Shown piece by piece: positions 47,590 to 56,971 of a DNA stretch of 64,000 nt. Position 1 is the stretch's first letter. Each line of letters opens with the position of its first letter. The stretch is from IMG/VR virus record IMGVR_UViG_3300020198_000002, positions 32,001 to 96,000 of that record; one strand, written 5' to 3'. Made by a program: the position numbers and the translations under genes. The notes under the pieces were generated by a model. It did no database searches. It was not told the origin of the DNA and was given only the letters and a program-made list of their open reading frames with translations. The stretch is from a virus.

Positions 47590-49297
47590 AAAAATTAGAT
47601 GGCGTAACTTTTTATCAACAGGAAACAAGTTCACCGAAATTGAATTAACCAAAGCAAATACGAATCTTATTGTTGGAACAAACGGTGCAGGCAAGAGTAC
47701 GATTCTTGATGCACTTACTTTTGTTTTGTACAACAAACCTTTTCGTAAAATTAATAAACCACAATTAATCAATAGTGTAAATGATAAAGATTGTGTGGTT
47801 GAAATTGAATTCTCGATTGGTGTTCGGGAATATAAAGTTGTACGCGGAATTAAACCAAATATTTTTGAGATATGGATAGATAATCAACTACAGAATCAAG
47901 ATGCTGCAAATTCTGATCAACAAAAATACTTAGAAGAAAATATCTTAAGGTTAAATTATAAGTCTTTCACTCAGACGGTAATTTTGGGATCAGCTACTTT
48001 TGTGCCATTTATGCAACTTTCTGCTTCCAATAGAAGAGATATTGTTGAGGATCTCCTGGACATCAAAATCTTTTCTAGCATGAATTCCATTATAAAAGAA
48101 AAGATTAGATCTGCAAATGATGTAGTCAGAGAGTCTTCGATCAAAAAAGATTTGGTTGAAGATAAAATTGAGATGCAAAAAAATTTTATTGCTGATTTGG
48201 ATAAACGCGGTAAAAACAGAATCCAAGATAAGAAGAAAAAAATTAAAGAGCTTGAAGACTCTATAGAAGTTTTTTTTGATATGAATAATGGGTCTAATTT
48301 TATTTTAGAATCCAAACATGAAAAACTAAAAGAGCTTTCAAAGTCCAATAAAAATCTAGAAAAACTTAAATCTATCAAATTAAAACTGAATCATAAAATA
48401 CAACAGTTATCTGAAGATCATAAATTTTTCGGTAGTAATACGGTTTGTCCCACCTGCACTCAAGAAATTGAAAATGATTTTAGGTTAAATAAAGTTGGAG
48501 AGATTGAAAGTAAAGCTTATGAGCTTAAACAAGCATATGATGAACTTCATGTAAGTATACTTGAAGAGGAAAAACGAGATAATGAATTCATTGAAATCTC
48601 CAAAGAAGTTTCTAGAATCAACAATGACATTTCTACCACAAATACAAAAATTTCTGAATATCAAAGACAACTACGAGAACTCGAACAAGAAATTCAAGAA
48701 ATTGTCGAACAAATTGCAAACAGAAATTCTGAAAGAAACGCTCTTAACGATTTAGAAAATGAACTAGAAAAAATTTTAATTCAAAAATCAAATACTACAG
48801 AACAGATTGCGTATCTAGAATTCTCTCATTCTCTTATGAGGGATGGTGGGGTAAAATCTAAAATAATCAAAAGATACCTACCAATAATGAATCAGCAGAT
48901 TAATAAGTATCTGCAAAAAATGGAATTTTATATTAACTTTACTTTAGATGATGAATTTAAAGAAAGCATAAAGTCTCCCATTCATGAAGATTTTACTTAT
49001 GACTCTTTTAGTGAAGGCGAAAAAATGAGAATCGATCTGGCTCTTCTCTTCACCTGGAGAGATATTGCTAAGATGAGAAACTCTGCATCTACTAATTTAC
49101 TAATTCTTGATGAAATTTTCGATTCATCCTTAGATGGAGCGGGTACAGATTTCTTCACTAATATTATTAGATATATGATTCAAGATACAAATGTTTTTAT
49201 TATTTCGCATAAAACTGAAGAATTGACTGATAAGTTTGAAAATCTAATAACCTTTGCCAAAGTGAGTGGATTCAGTAAATTGGTGGGGACACTTTAA
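47576..49297 (+). CDS. gp46: recombination endonuclease subunit gp46 (Rad50/SbcC-like)
   Basis: GTNGAGKST, CPTC zinc hook, FSEGEKMRIDLA, LDEIFDSSLD. Confidence 0.96.
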   Translation: MILFKKIRWRNFLSTGNKFTEIELTKANTNLIVGTNGAGKSTILDALTFVLYNKPFRKINKPQLINSVNDKDCVVEIEFSIGVREYKVVRGIKPNIFEIWIDNQLQNQDAANSDQQKYLEENILRLNYKSFTQTVILGSATFVPFMQLSASNRRDIVEDLLDIKIFSSMNSIIKEKIRSANDVVRESSIKKDLVEDKIEMQKNFIADLDKRGKNRIQDKKKKIKELEDSIEVFFDMNNGSNFILESKHEKLKELSKSNKNLEKLKSIKLKLNHKIQQLSEDHKFFGSNTVCPTCTQEIENDFRLNKVGEIESKAYELKQAYDELHVSILEEEKRDNEFIEISKEVSRINNDISTTNTKISEYQRQLRELEQEIQEIVEQIANRNSERNALNDLENELEKILIQKSNTTEQIAYLEFSHSLMRDGGVKSKIIKRYLPIMNQQINKYLQKMEFYINFTLDDEFKESIKSPIHEDFTYDSFSEGEKMRIDLALLFTWRDIAKMRNSASTNLLILDEIFDSSLDGAGTDFFTNIIRYMIQDTNVFIISHKTEELTDKFENLITFAKVSGFSKLVGTL

Positions 49298-49344
49298 CAA
49301 GTAGCACATTCCCCCTTTCCAGGGGGAAATTTTTTCTGTATACT
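49287..49344 (+). promoter_or_regulatory. cyanophage early-type promoter (palindrome, hairpin, -10 TATACT); the hairpin may also terminate gp46
   Basis: GGACACTTTAACAAGTAGCAC, TTCCCCCT-TTCC-AGGGGGAA, TATACT at 49339. Confidence 0.6.
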
Positions 49345-49367
49345 TAGTTCAAGTAAAACAGTTTTCC

Positions 49368-51551
49368 ATGTCAGTCAACTACGAAGTCAAAGGCCAACTT
49401 GCTAAACTCCTCGCCACCGAAGATCTTATTGTCGAAAATAGGCAGGTGTCTACGGCTTCTTTTGATGTTCACCGTCGTGTTCTAACTCTCCCTCTTTGGG
49501 AAAAAGCTAGTGGGACTGTATATGATCTTTTGGTTGGACACGAAGTGGGACATGCTCTTTATACTCCAGACAGGATTTGGATTGAAGAATATCCAGATGT
49601 ACCCCCCTCCTTCGTAAACGTTATTGAGGATGTTCGAGTTGAACGTTTAATAAAAGCCAAGTTTCCTGGTTTGGCCAAAACTTTTTATTCTGGTTATTTG
49701 GAACTTTCTAATGAAGATTTTTTTGGAATCGAGTCAGAGGATATTTCTACATATTCTTTGATTGATCGTATCAATCTTCAGAGTAAAATTGGTAATTTCA
49801 TCAAGGTTCCTTTTTCAGATGAAGAAAAAATTTATCTTAAAAGGTCCCTAAAAGTTCAAAGCTTTGATGAGGTCCTTGTGCTAGCTAATGATATTGTTAA
49901 ATTCATAAATCAAAGCAAAGAAGAAATCGACCTCAAATCTCTGCCAGACCCCTCTGGCTCGTCTTCTGAGGCGTTCAATGCTCCTGGTGGTGGATTAGAT
50001 GTAGATTCTTCTTTTGGAGATGATTTCGAGGAATCTAGTGACTCAACAGAAGAAGGAGAATCTGTCGATAGTAACACAGAATCCAAACCTCAAAATTTTT
50101 CTGGGGGGACGACTAACAATAATATGGAATCTTTAACAGATAAAATTCTCAAGGAAAATCTGGAAGAGTTGTGTAACAAACTTGAAATGGGAGAACATGT
50201 TTATGTTGAATTCCCCGATGTAGATATGGATACGGTTGTAATTAAAAATGAAAAAGTTCACAAGTTTCTCCAAAACTTTTACGATGAAACTGAAGAAAGA
50301 TTATACTGCCCTACCGTTCCAAATATTTTTGAGGAACCAGATCAGGAGTATTCTAAGTTTAGACTTTCCGCACAAAAGGAAGTCAATTATTTGGTGAAAG
50401 AGTTTGAATGTCATAAGGCAGCTGATTCTTATTCTCGTTCTTCACTTTCTAGGACTGGAGTTTTAGATATGAATTCTCTTCATACCTACAAATGGAATGA
50501 AGATATTTTCAAAAAAATCACTACTGTTGCTGATGGCCAGAACCATGGTCTGGTGTTTGTCTTGGACTGGTCTGGGTCAATGTCGGAAGTTCTTGGAGAT
50601 ACTTACAGACAACTTCTTAATCTTATGTGGTTCTGTAGGAAATGCTCTATTCCTTTTGTAGTCTATGCATTTACTACTGAGTGGGCTAAAGTTTCTTACG
50701 AGTTTGATGAGAAAACTGGTAAAAGGTATCCTAAATATCCACCTCAACATCATAAAAAGGAAACTGGGAATATTCTAATTCCCGAAGAGTTTTCTTTGTT
50801 GGAACTTTTTGACAGCAAAGTTAGATCCTCCGTATTTGAAAATCAAGTTCGTAATATTTGGAGGTTGGTTTATTCTTTGGATAGTCATCGATATTATTGT
50901 CGATATCAGTACCCGCTTCAACTTTCTTTGTCGGGCACTCCTCTGAATGAAGCTTTGATTTGTATGACGAAAGCCATTCCAAAATTCAAAAAAGAACATA
51001 ACTTACAGAAAGTTCAATGTATTGTATTGACTGATGGGGAAGCGCCTCCGATTCGATATCTCACTGAGCATCCAATTAAAAACGCAGAAACTGGTGAGAC
51101 TGAGTGGAATATCAGAATTCGGAGTTTAACTTCTCTTGGAAAGTTTTATATTAGGGATCGTAAATCTGGGATCACTAAGTTAGTTCCTTTCGGCACGAAA
51201 GATCTTACTAAAGCCATTCTTGAGTGTCTTCAACATAGATTCTTGGATGTCAATTTTATTGGCATTCGCATTCTCCTTTCTCGTGAGGCTTCTTCTTTTA
51301 TTCGTGGTTATGATCAACATAATTTTGAAAAAAATATAGAATTTTGGAGAAAAAATAAAACTATTGTCCTCAAAAATACTGGATACAATGCTTACTTTGG
51401 ATTATCTTCTTCTGCACTGAATGTTGATTCTGAGTTTGAAGTTTCTGAGGATGCTTCTAAATCTCAGATTCGCTCAGCGTTTAAGAAGTCTTTGGGTGCT
51501 AAAAAAACAAATAAAAAAATTCTTAATGAGTTTGTTAAACTTATTGCCTGA
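49368..51551 (+). CDS. metallopeptidase-like/VWA protein (CobT-like partner of AAA+ ATPase)
   Basis: GHEVGH (HExxH), acidic linker, MIDAS DWSGS...GTPL...LTDG. Confidence 0.8.
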   Translation: MSVNYEVKGQLAKLLATEDLIVENRQVSTASFDVHRRVLTLPLWEKASGTVYDLLVGHEVGHALYTPDRIWIEEYPDVPPSFVNVIEDVRVERLIKAKFPGLAKTFYSGYLELSNEDFFGIESEDISTYSLIDRINLQSKIGNFIKVPFSDEEKIYLKRSLKVQSFDEVLVLANDIVKFINQSKEEIDLKSLPDPSGSSSEAFNAPGGGLDVDSSFGDDFEESSDSTEEGESVDSNTESKPQNFSGGTTNNNMESLTDKILKENLEELCNKLEMGEHVYVEFPDVDMDTVVIKNEKVHKFLQNFYDETEERLYCPTVPNIFEEPDQEYSKFRLSAQKEVNYLVKEFECHKAADSYSRSSLSRTGVLDMNSLHTYKWNEDIFKKITTVADGQNHGLVFVLDWSGSMSEVLGDTYRQLLNLMWFCRKCSIPFVVYAFTTEWAKVSYEFDEKTGKRYPKYPPQHHKKETGNILIPEEFSLLELFDSKVRSSVFENQVRNIWRLVYSLDSHRYYCRYQYPLQLSLSGTPLNEALICMTKAIPKFKKEHNLQKVQCIVLTDGEAPPIRYLTEHPIKNAETGETEWNIRIRSLTSLGKFYIRDRKSGITKLVPFGTKDLTKAILECLQHRFLDVNFIGIRILLSREASSFIRGYDQHNFEKNIEFWRKNKTIVLKNTGYNAYFGLSSSALNVDSEFEVSEDASKSQIRSAFKKSLGAKKTNKKILNEFVKLIA

Positions 51552-51607
51552 CCAGTTTTGAAACTGTCATATGCACCACAGACAAACCACATATAGTGGA
51601 GTATCAT
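51550..51607 (+). promoter_or_regulatory. cyanophage early-type promoter (palindrome, second palindrome, -10 TATCAT)
   Basis: GACCAGTTTTGAAACTGTCAT, CCAC-ATATA-GTGG, TATCAT at 51602; same spacing as the 49287 element. Confidence 0.6.
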
Positions 51608-51632
51608 TACTACATACTTCAAAGGACTTCAA

Positions 51633-52763
51633 ATGACCGCCCGCGTGAACTCTATTAATTTGATTGACTCGATGCGAGATCTTTACGGCGATATTATCAC
51701 CGCCGCTGATGTACGGGCTTATTGCGCTATGAATAGAATTTCTTATCCTACGGTTACCTCTAAACTAGAAAACTATAAAACCAGTCGGGGAAATTGGAAT
51801 CTTAATGTCACTAGGGAACGAGTTGAAGAAATTGAACGTACATTTCAATCTCCCTCTGTTGTTCCCCCTATTGAACAAAATCTTATCCCTGAAAAAGATG
51901 ATACCTTCGTCCAGTTTGGTAGTTTTTCTGACATTAAAAAAATTATTCAGTCCTCTCTTTTTTATCCTACGTTCATTACGGGTCTTTCGGGTAACGGTAA
52001 AACGTTCTCTGTGGAGCAAGCGTGTGCTCAACTCAAGCGTGAACTTATTCGTGTAAACATTACTATTGAAACTGATGAAGATGACCTTATTGGCGGTTTC
52101 CGCCTTGTTGATGGTGCCACTGTTTGGCACAATGGTCCAGTTATTGAAGCCCTCGAACGAGGAGCGATCTTGCTACTTGACGAGGTTGACCTCGCCTCCA
52201 ACAAAATCCTTTGTCTACAATCCGTGCTAGAAGGTAAAGGTGTTTTCCTCAAAAAAACTGGTCGCTATGTAAAACCCACTGCTGGTTTCAACGTGATTGC
52301 TACTGCTAACACCAAAGGTAAGGGCAGCGATGACGGTCGTTTCATCGGCACCAATGTACTTAACGAAGCGTTTCTAGAACGTTTCTGTGTAACATTTGAA
52401 CAGGATTATCCTACTTCTAAAACTGAAGTTAAGATTCTAGATTCTGTTTCTCGGAAACTGAATTGTTATGATGCTATCTTTAACCAACGACTATGTGATT
52501 GGGCAGACATCATCCGCAAGACCTTCTATGATGGTGGTATTGAGGAAGTAATTTCTACCCGTCGATTGGTTCATATTATTCGTGCATATGCAATCTGGAA
52601 TAATAAAGCGAAAGCAATCGAAGTGTGTACAAATCGTTTTGATTCTGAAACAAAACAAGCATTTCTTGATTTGTATGATAAAGTAGACGCAGACGTGGAA
52701 TTTTCCAAGGACACGATTGCAACGTCACTATCAGACGAAAATGAATCACAACAAACCTTTTGA
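51633..52763 (+). CDS. cobS: CobS-like MoxR-family AAA+ ATPase
   Basis: GLSGNGKT, LLLDEVD, ATANTKGKG, NEAFLERF, ISTRRL. Confidence 0.88.
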   Translation: MTARVNSINLIDSMRDLYGDIITAADVRAYCAMNRISYPTVTSKLENYKTSRGNWNLNVTRERVEEIERTFQSPSVVPPIEQNLIPEKDDTFVQFGSFSDIKKIIQSSLFYPTFITGLSGNGKTFSVEQACAQLKRELIRVNITIETDEDDLIGGFRLVDGATVWHNGPVIEALERGAILLLDEVDLASNKILCLQSVLEGKGVFLKKTGRYVKPTAGFNVIATANTKGKGSDDGRFIGTNVLNEAFLERFCVTFEQDYPTSKTEVKILDSVSRKLNCYDAIFNQRLCDWADIIRKTFYDGGIEEVISTRRLVHIIRAYAIWNNKAKAIEVCTNRFDSETKQAFLDLYDKVDADVEFSKDTIATSLSDENESQQTF

Positions 52764-52788
52764 CTGTGTAGGAAAAACATGGTAGAAT
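52760..52788 (+). promoter_or_regulatory. sigma70-type promoter
   Basis: TTGACT-N17-TAGAAT with TG extension. Confidence 0.7.
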
Positions 52789-52806
52789 AAGCCTTTCTGT
52801 TTTTGT

Positions 52807-53478
52807 ATGGTTAATGCTTGGAGCTTACTACATGATGAACTTTATGGAGATGATGAAATGACCGAAGAAAAACATTCAAAACATTATTACGATTATAATC
52901 GTAATGATATTAATAGACCAAACCCTTTTTATAATGCAGATCACCCAAGTCAAGAATTTTGGCGGGAAGATGGCTTTAGTTTGACTGGTAATCCTGCTCC
53001 TAGTTCCGAGGATATTTTTACTCTTGATCTAAGCACTGCTGATCGTAATATTGTCTATGAATCACCAGATAAAGGAAAGACTGTTTATGCTCGTAAACCT
53101 GGACAATCTCCATCTGAGAGAACGTTGATTAAGAGTTCGCCGGATTCTCTGAGAGTGAATAATACAAATACAAATGCAAATGGATTCTGGAAGTATGAAG
53201 AAGACAAGACACTGAAAGATGTGGAACAGTATCTTGCCAGTACTTATCATTCCCACTATACTTCTGAAACTTCTAAAACCCAAACTCTTGATTTGGTTGA
53301 AAGTATTGGAGATGCAGAAGCATTCACTCGTTCAAATGCTATCAAGTATCTTTCCCGTTTTGGTAAAAAGAATGGTAAATCTAAACGAGATATCCTGAAA
53401 GCGATTCATTATTGCATTCTTCTCTATCATTTTGCCGGACTTCATAAAAAAAATTCCGACAGTGACTATCCTTATTGA
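52807..53478 (+). CDS. DUF3310-like protein with N-terminal extension
   Basis: TYHSHY...NAIKYLSRFGKKNG...DILKAIHY. Confidence 0.75.
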   Translation: MVNAWSLLHDELYGDDEMTEEKHSKHYYDYNRNDINRPNPFYNADHPSQEFWREDGFSLTGNPAPSSEDIFTLDLSTADRNIVYESPDKGKTVYARKPGQSPSERTLIKSSPDSLRVNNTNTNANGFWKYEEDKTLKDVEQYLASTYHSHYTSETSKTQTLDLVESIGDAEAFTRSNAIKYLSRFGKKNGKSKRDILKAIHYCILLYHFAGLHKKNSDSDYPY

Positions 53479-53480
53479 TC

Positions 53481-54167
53481 ATGAAACTTAAACCCGCTAT
53501 GAAATTGTCTGATCGGACTATCCAACTTCTTCGTAATTTTTCATCTATTAATCAATCTCTTCTGTTTAGGAAGGGGAAACAACTCCGTACAATTTCTGTG
53601 ATGAAAAATATTCTCGCAGAAGCAAATGTAGAAGAAGAATTTACGAGGGATTTTGCAATCTATGATCTTGGTGAATTTCTCAATTGTTTGAGTCTTTTTA
53701 AAGATCCTGAACTTGATTTTTCTAATGATAGTTTTGTTGCTCTTAAAGAAGGAAAAACTAAATCAAAGTATTTCTTTGCAGATCCGAGTGTAATTGTAGT
53801 TCCTCCCGATAAATCTTTAGTGCTTCCTAGTTCAGATATTACTTTCAATCTAAAAAGTAATCAACTTGATACTTTGAAAAAAGCTGCATCTGTTTATCAT
53901 CTCGATGATCTTTCTGTAGTCGGAGAAGAAGGACAGATTCAACTGATGGTTCATGATCGCAAGAATGATACTTCTAATGATTATTCTATTGTGGTTGGTG
54001 AAACTACTACTAACTTTGCCCTGCACTTTAAAGTTGAGAATATCAAGATTATCCCTGGATCATATGATGTATCCATTTCACGTAAACTTCTATCTCAATT
54101 TAAATCAACAGAGTATGATCTTACCTACTATATTGCTTTGGAACCTGATCTTACTTGGGAAGAATGA
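53481..54167 (+). CDS. gp45: sliding clamp gp45
   Basis: MKLSDRTIQLLRNFSSINQSL, FAIYDLGEFL, YYIALE. Confidence 0.93.
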   Translation: MKLKPAMKLSDRTIQLLRNFSSINQSLLFRKGKQLRTISVMKNILAEANVEEEFTRDFAIYDLGEFLNCLSLFKDPELDFSNDSFVALKEGKTKSKYFFADPSVIVVPPDKSLVLPSSDITFNLKSNQLDTLKKAASVYHLDDLSVVGEEGQIQLMVHDRKNDTSNDYSIVVGETTTNFALHFKVENIKIIPGSYDVSISRKLLSQFKSTEYDLTYYIALEPDLTWEE

Positions 54168-54679
54168 ATATCTTTGCAACATCTCCTTGGCCTGCTGAAA
54201 GTGCTGTCTGTCTTCCAGATAAACACATTGTCAAAATGCCACTGGAGTGCTGCCAGATGCTTTCCATCGTGGCATCTGAAAAGTGGGGCCATAACTACGG
54301 CACTCTGCCTAAAACTGACGGCACTCCCTACAAAACTGAAAAAGGTGCGTTTCGTAATCACCCCTGCACCAAATGGGCAATGGATAGTATCCACAATGCC
54401 TATTGGTTGATCAAGTGGGGCATGAATCTGTGCGACGAATATTCTATTCGTTATGATAATAAAACGCATTCATGTTATAATACTCTTTTACAAGCGTATT
54501 ATCTTTTTCCACAAGGTAAAATAGACAAAGTAACACCATTTGCCCGTGCTATGCCAAATGAATTTAAACTTGACACAAGCATTGACACTTTTACTGCTTA
54601 CAAGATGTATATCGCATCCAAACCTTGGGTTGCATCTAATTATCTTCGTATGCCGCAACGAAAACCTGAGTGGGTATAA
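54164..54679 (+). CDS. pyrimidine-dimer DNA glycosylase/DenV-like family protein
   Basis: MNIF...DKHIVKMPLECCQML...NHPCTKW...AMP; ATGA overlap with gp45. Confidence 0.75.
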   Translation: MNIFATSPWPAESAVCLPDKHIVKMPLECCQMLSIVASEKWGHNYGTLPKTDGTPYKTEKGAFRNHPCTKWAMDSIHNAYWLIKWGMNLCDEYSIRYDNKTHSCYNTLLQAYYLFPQGKIDKVTPFARAMPNEFKLDTSIDTFTAYKMYIASKPWVASNYLRMPQRKPEWV

Positions 54680-54684
54680 ACATT

Positions 54685-55635
54685 ATGAGTCGTAATGAAT
54701 TTTTGTGGGTCGAAAAATATCGACCTAAAAATATTGAAGATTGTATTCTTCCTGAAAATATTAAAAAAACCTTTAGGGATTTTTTAGATCGTGGTGAATT
54801 ACCAAACATGCTTTTGGCTGGTCCCCCAGGAATTGGAAAAACTACAGTGGCAAAAGCCCTTTGTAATGAATTAGGAGTAGATTATTATGTCATTAACGGA
54901 TCTGACGAGGGACGATTTCTCGATACGGTACGGAACCAAGCCAAAAATTTTGCTTCGACCGTCTCACTTTCGGTATCTGATGCTAAGCACAAAGTCATCA
55001 TTATTGACGAAGCTGATAACACAACCCATGATGTACAGCTCCTCTTACGGGCAAATATTGAGACATTTCATAACAACTGCAGATTCATCTTCACCTGCAA
55101 TTACAGGAACAGGATTGTTGAACCAATCCAATCCCGATGTACGGTCATTGAATTTGGAGTCAACGGAAAAGACAAACCAGCAATTGCTGCCGCGTTCTTC
55201 AAAAGACTCACCGACATCTTGGAAAACGAGGGGATTACATTTGATAAGAAAGTTCTTCTAGAACTTGTAAATAAACATTTTCCAGATTGGCGTCGAGTGT
55301 TGAACGAATGTCAACGTCATTCGGTCGGTGGTGAAATCGATTCTTCCATTCTCGCTAGTTTTTCGGATGTAAATATCAATGATCTTATTAGAAATCTTAA
55401 AGAAAAAAAGTTTCCTGAAGTACGTAAATGGGTCGTCAATAATCTGGATAATGATCCTGGGGTACTTCTGCGTCGTGTTTACGATGCTCTTTTTGAAACC
55501 GTTGATGGTCCTAGCATTGCTGCTGCTGTGCTTATTATTGCTAAGTATCAGTATCAAATTGCCTTCGTAGCTGATCAAGAGATTAATCTCCTTGCTTGTC
55601 TAACCGAAATCATGTGTGAGTGTGAATTCAAATGA
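54685..55635 (+). CDS. gp44: clamp loader large subunit gp44
   Basis: LWVEKYRP, GPPGIGKTT, IIDEAD, SRC, FPDWRR. Confidence 0.95.
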   Translation: MSRNEFLWVEKYRPKNIEDCILPENIKKTFRDFLDRGELPNMLLAGPPGIGKTTVAKALCNELGVDYYVINGSDEGRFLDTVRNQAKNFASTVSLSVSDAKHKVIIIDEADNTTHDVQLLLRANIETFHNNCRFIFTCNYRNRIVEPIQSRCTVIEFGVNGKDKPAIAAAFFKRLTDILENEGITFDKKVLLELVNKHFPDWRRVLNECQRHSVGGEIDSSILASFSDVNINDLIRNLKEKKFPEVRKWVVNNLDNDPGVLLRRVYDALFETVDGPSIAAAVLIIAKYQYQIAFVADQEINLLACLTEIMCECEFK

Positions 55636-56192
55636 ATAGGAATCCTATTTCTGATCGTGAGTGGATTGGAAGTGCAGACATCAGTAAGTTTGGATCTTAC
55701 ACAGATCGCAAAACTTCGTTTGATGATGATAAGGACATTGAATCATTTATTCTTTTTTTAAAACTTGTATATAATACAACGTCTTCTGTAGAAGACTACG
55801 TATTCAAACCGAAACCATATGGACCATATGGTGTTGATCTGGGTATATTTAAAAACAATAAACTTGTTCTTGCTATAGACATTGAGAGATGGAGTAAGTG
55901 GAATGAAGAGTGGCCAAAAAATTATAAGTATGTTAGTTTTTTAAGTAGAAAATTGAAGTTTGTCCATAAACATAATAAATTCACCATGGTCTTTTTTAAC
56001 TATGATAGATCAAAATTTATTTGTGTAGATGGGGAAAATATAACAAAATATCCTTCTGGGGCTAGATATACGCAAGGCAAAATGGATTCCGTCATCAAAA
56101 TCCCATTTGATGATGCTCGTTTATATGGCAATAACTTGACAGAAAAAGAAAAATATTTATTTAAGAATCATACTATCCGTAAAATCAAATGA
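55632..56192 (+). CDS. hypothetical protein, possible PD-(D/E)xK-type nuclease fold
   Basis: YGVDLGIF...LAIDIERW acidic motif spacing; basic; ATGA overlaps at both ends. Confidence 0.45.
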   Translation: MNRNPISDREWIGSADISKFGSYTDRKTSFDDDKDIESFILFLKLVYNTTSSVEDYVFKPKPYGPYGVDLGIFKNNKLVLAIDIERWSKWNEEWPKNYKYVSFLSRKLKFVHKHNKFTMVFFNYDRSKFICVDGENITKYPSGARYTQGKMDSVIKIPFDDARLYGNNLTEKEKYLFKNHTIRKIK

Positions 56193-56392
56193 GACATCAA
56201 GTTAAATCTAAATGGTATTACATCTTCTGGGGTGCCTGTGCCGTAGCGGTTGTCGGTGGTCAATTCTACGTTGGATCTGGTTATCGTGAGATGGCAGAAG
56301 CAACCAAGAATAATATCATTACAGTTCGGTGTGTGCCACCCTATCAGATCCCTGTTCAACCATACAGAAATAAAACAGGAGAGTTTGAGTAG
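56189..56392 (+). CDS. small membrane-anchored protein
   Basis: WYYIFWGACAVAVVGGQFYVG hydrophobic stretch. Confidence 0.65.
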   Translation: MRHQVKSKWYYIFWGACAVAVVGGQFYVGSGYREMAEATKNNIITVRCVPPYQIPVQPYRNKTGEFE

Positions 56393-56427
56393 ATTGCGTA
56401 ACCGATTAATTATAACAATCAGATTTA

Positions 56428-56970
56428 ATGAATAACGAATATACCCTACTTAATTGGAATTATATTAATGACAATAAACAAAATTTTATTGATCATCTGA
56501 CTCATTCTCATGAGTCCCTAGTAAATTATGGTATTCGGGATTCTACCTTCAAGTATACGGATTATAATATATTTGCTATAAGTTCTCCCTCTATTCACAT
56601 GTATAAACTTTATTATGTGATACGGGAATTGGTTAGAAATAAACTACAAGATGAAAACCATTTGTGGATTCAATCCTGGTTAAATTTCCATACCCATGAA
56701 CAGGTATTGGGATGGCATAATCACGATGCCAGTTGGCATGGATATGTCTCCATTGAACCACAGGACACCTTTACGGAATTTGAAAACTGGAAAATAGATA
56801 ACAAATGTGGTAATATATACTTTGGTCCTGGACATAATAGACATAGAGTAGTCAATAATTCAAAATATACTGGACTCAGAATCACTATAGCATTTGATAT
56901 AATGACTGAACGTGATTGTGATTTATACGGAGACCCTACTCATAACTTTGGTTGTATGCCTTTTTTATAA
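56428..56970 (+). CDS. 2OG-Fe(II) oxygenase-like protein
   Basis: QSWLNFH...WHNHD...HGYV...HRV...RITIAFD. Confidence 0.7.
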   Translation: MNNEYTLLNWNYINDNKQNFIDHLTHSHESLVNYGIRDSTFKYTDYNIFAISSPSIHMYKLYYVIRELVRNKLQDENHLWIQSWLNFHTHEQVLGWHNHDASWHGYVSIEPQDTFTEFENWKIDNKCGNIYFGPGHNRHRVVNNSKYTGLRITIAFDIMTERDCDLYGDPTHNFGCMPFL

Positions 56971-56971
56971 T

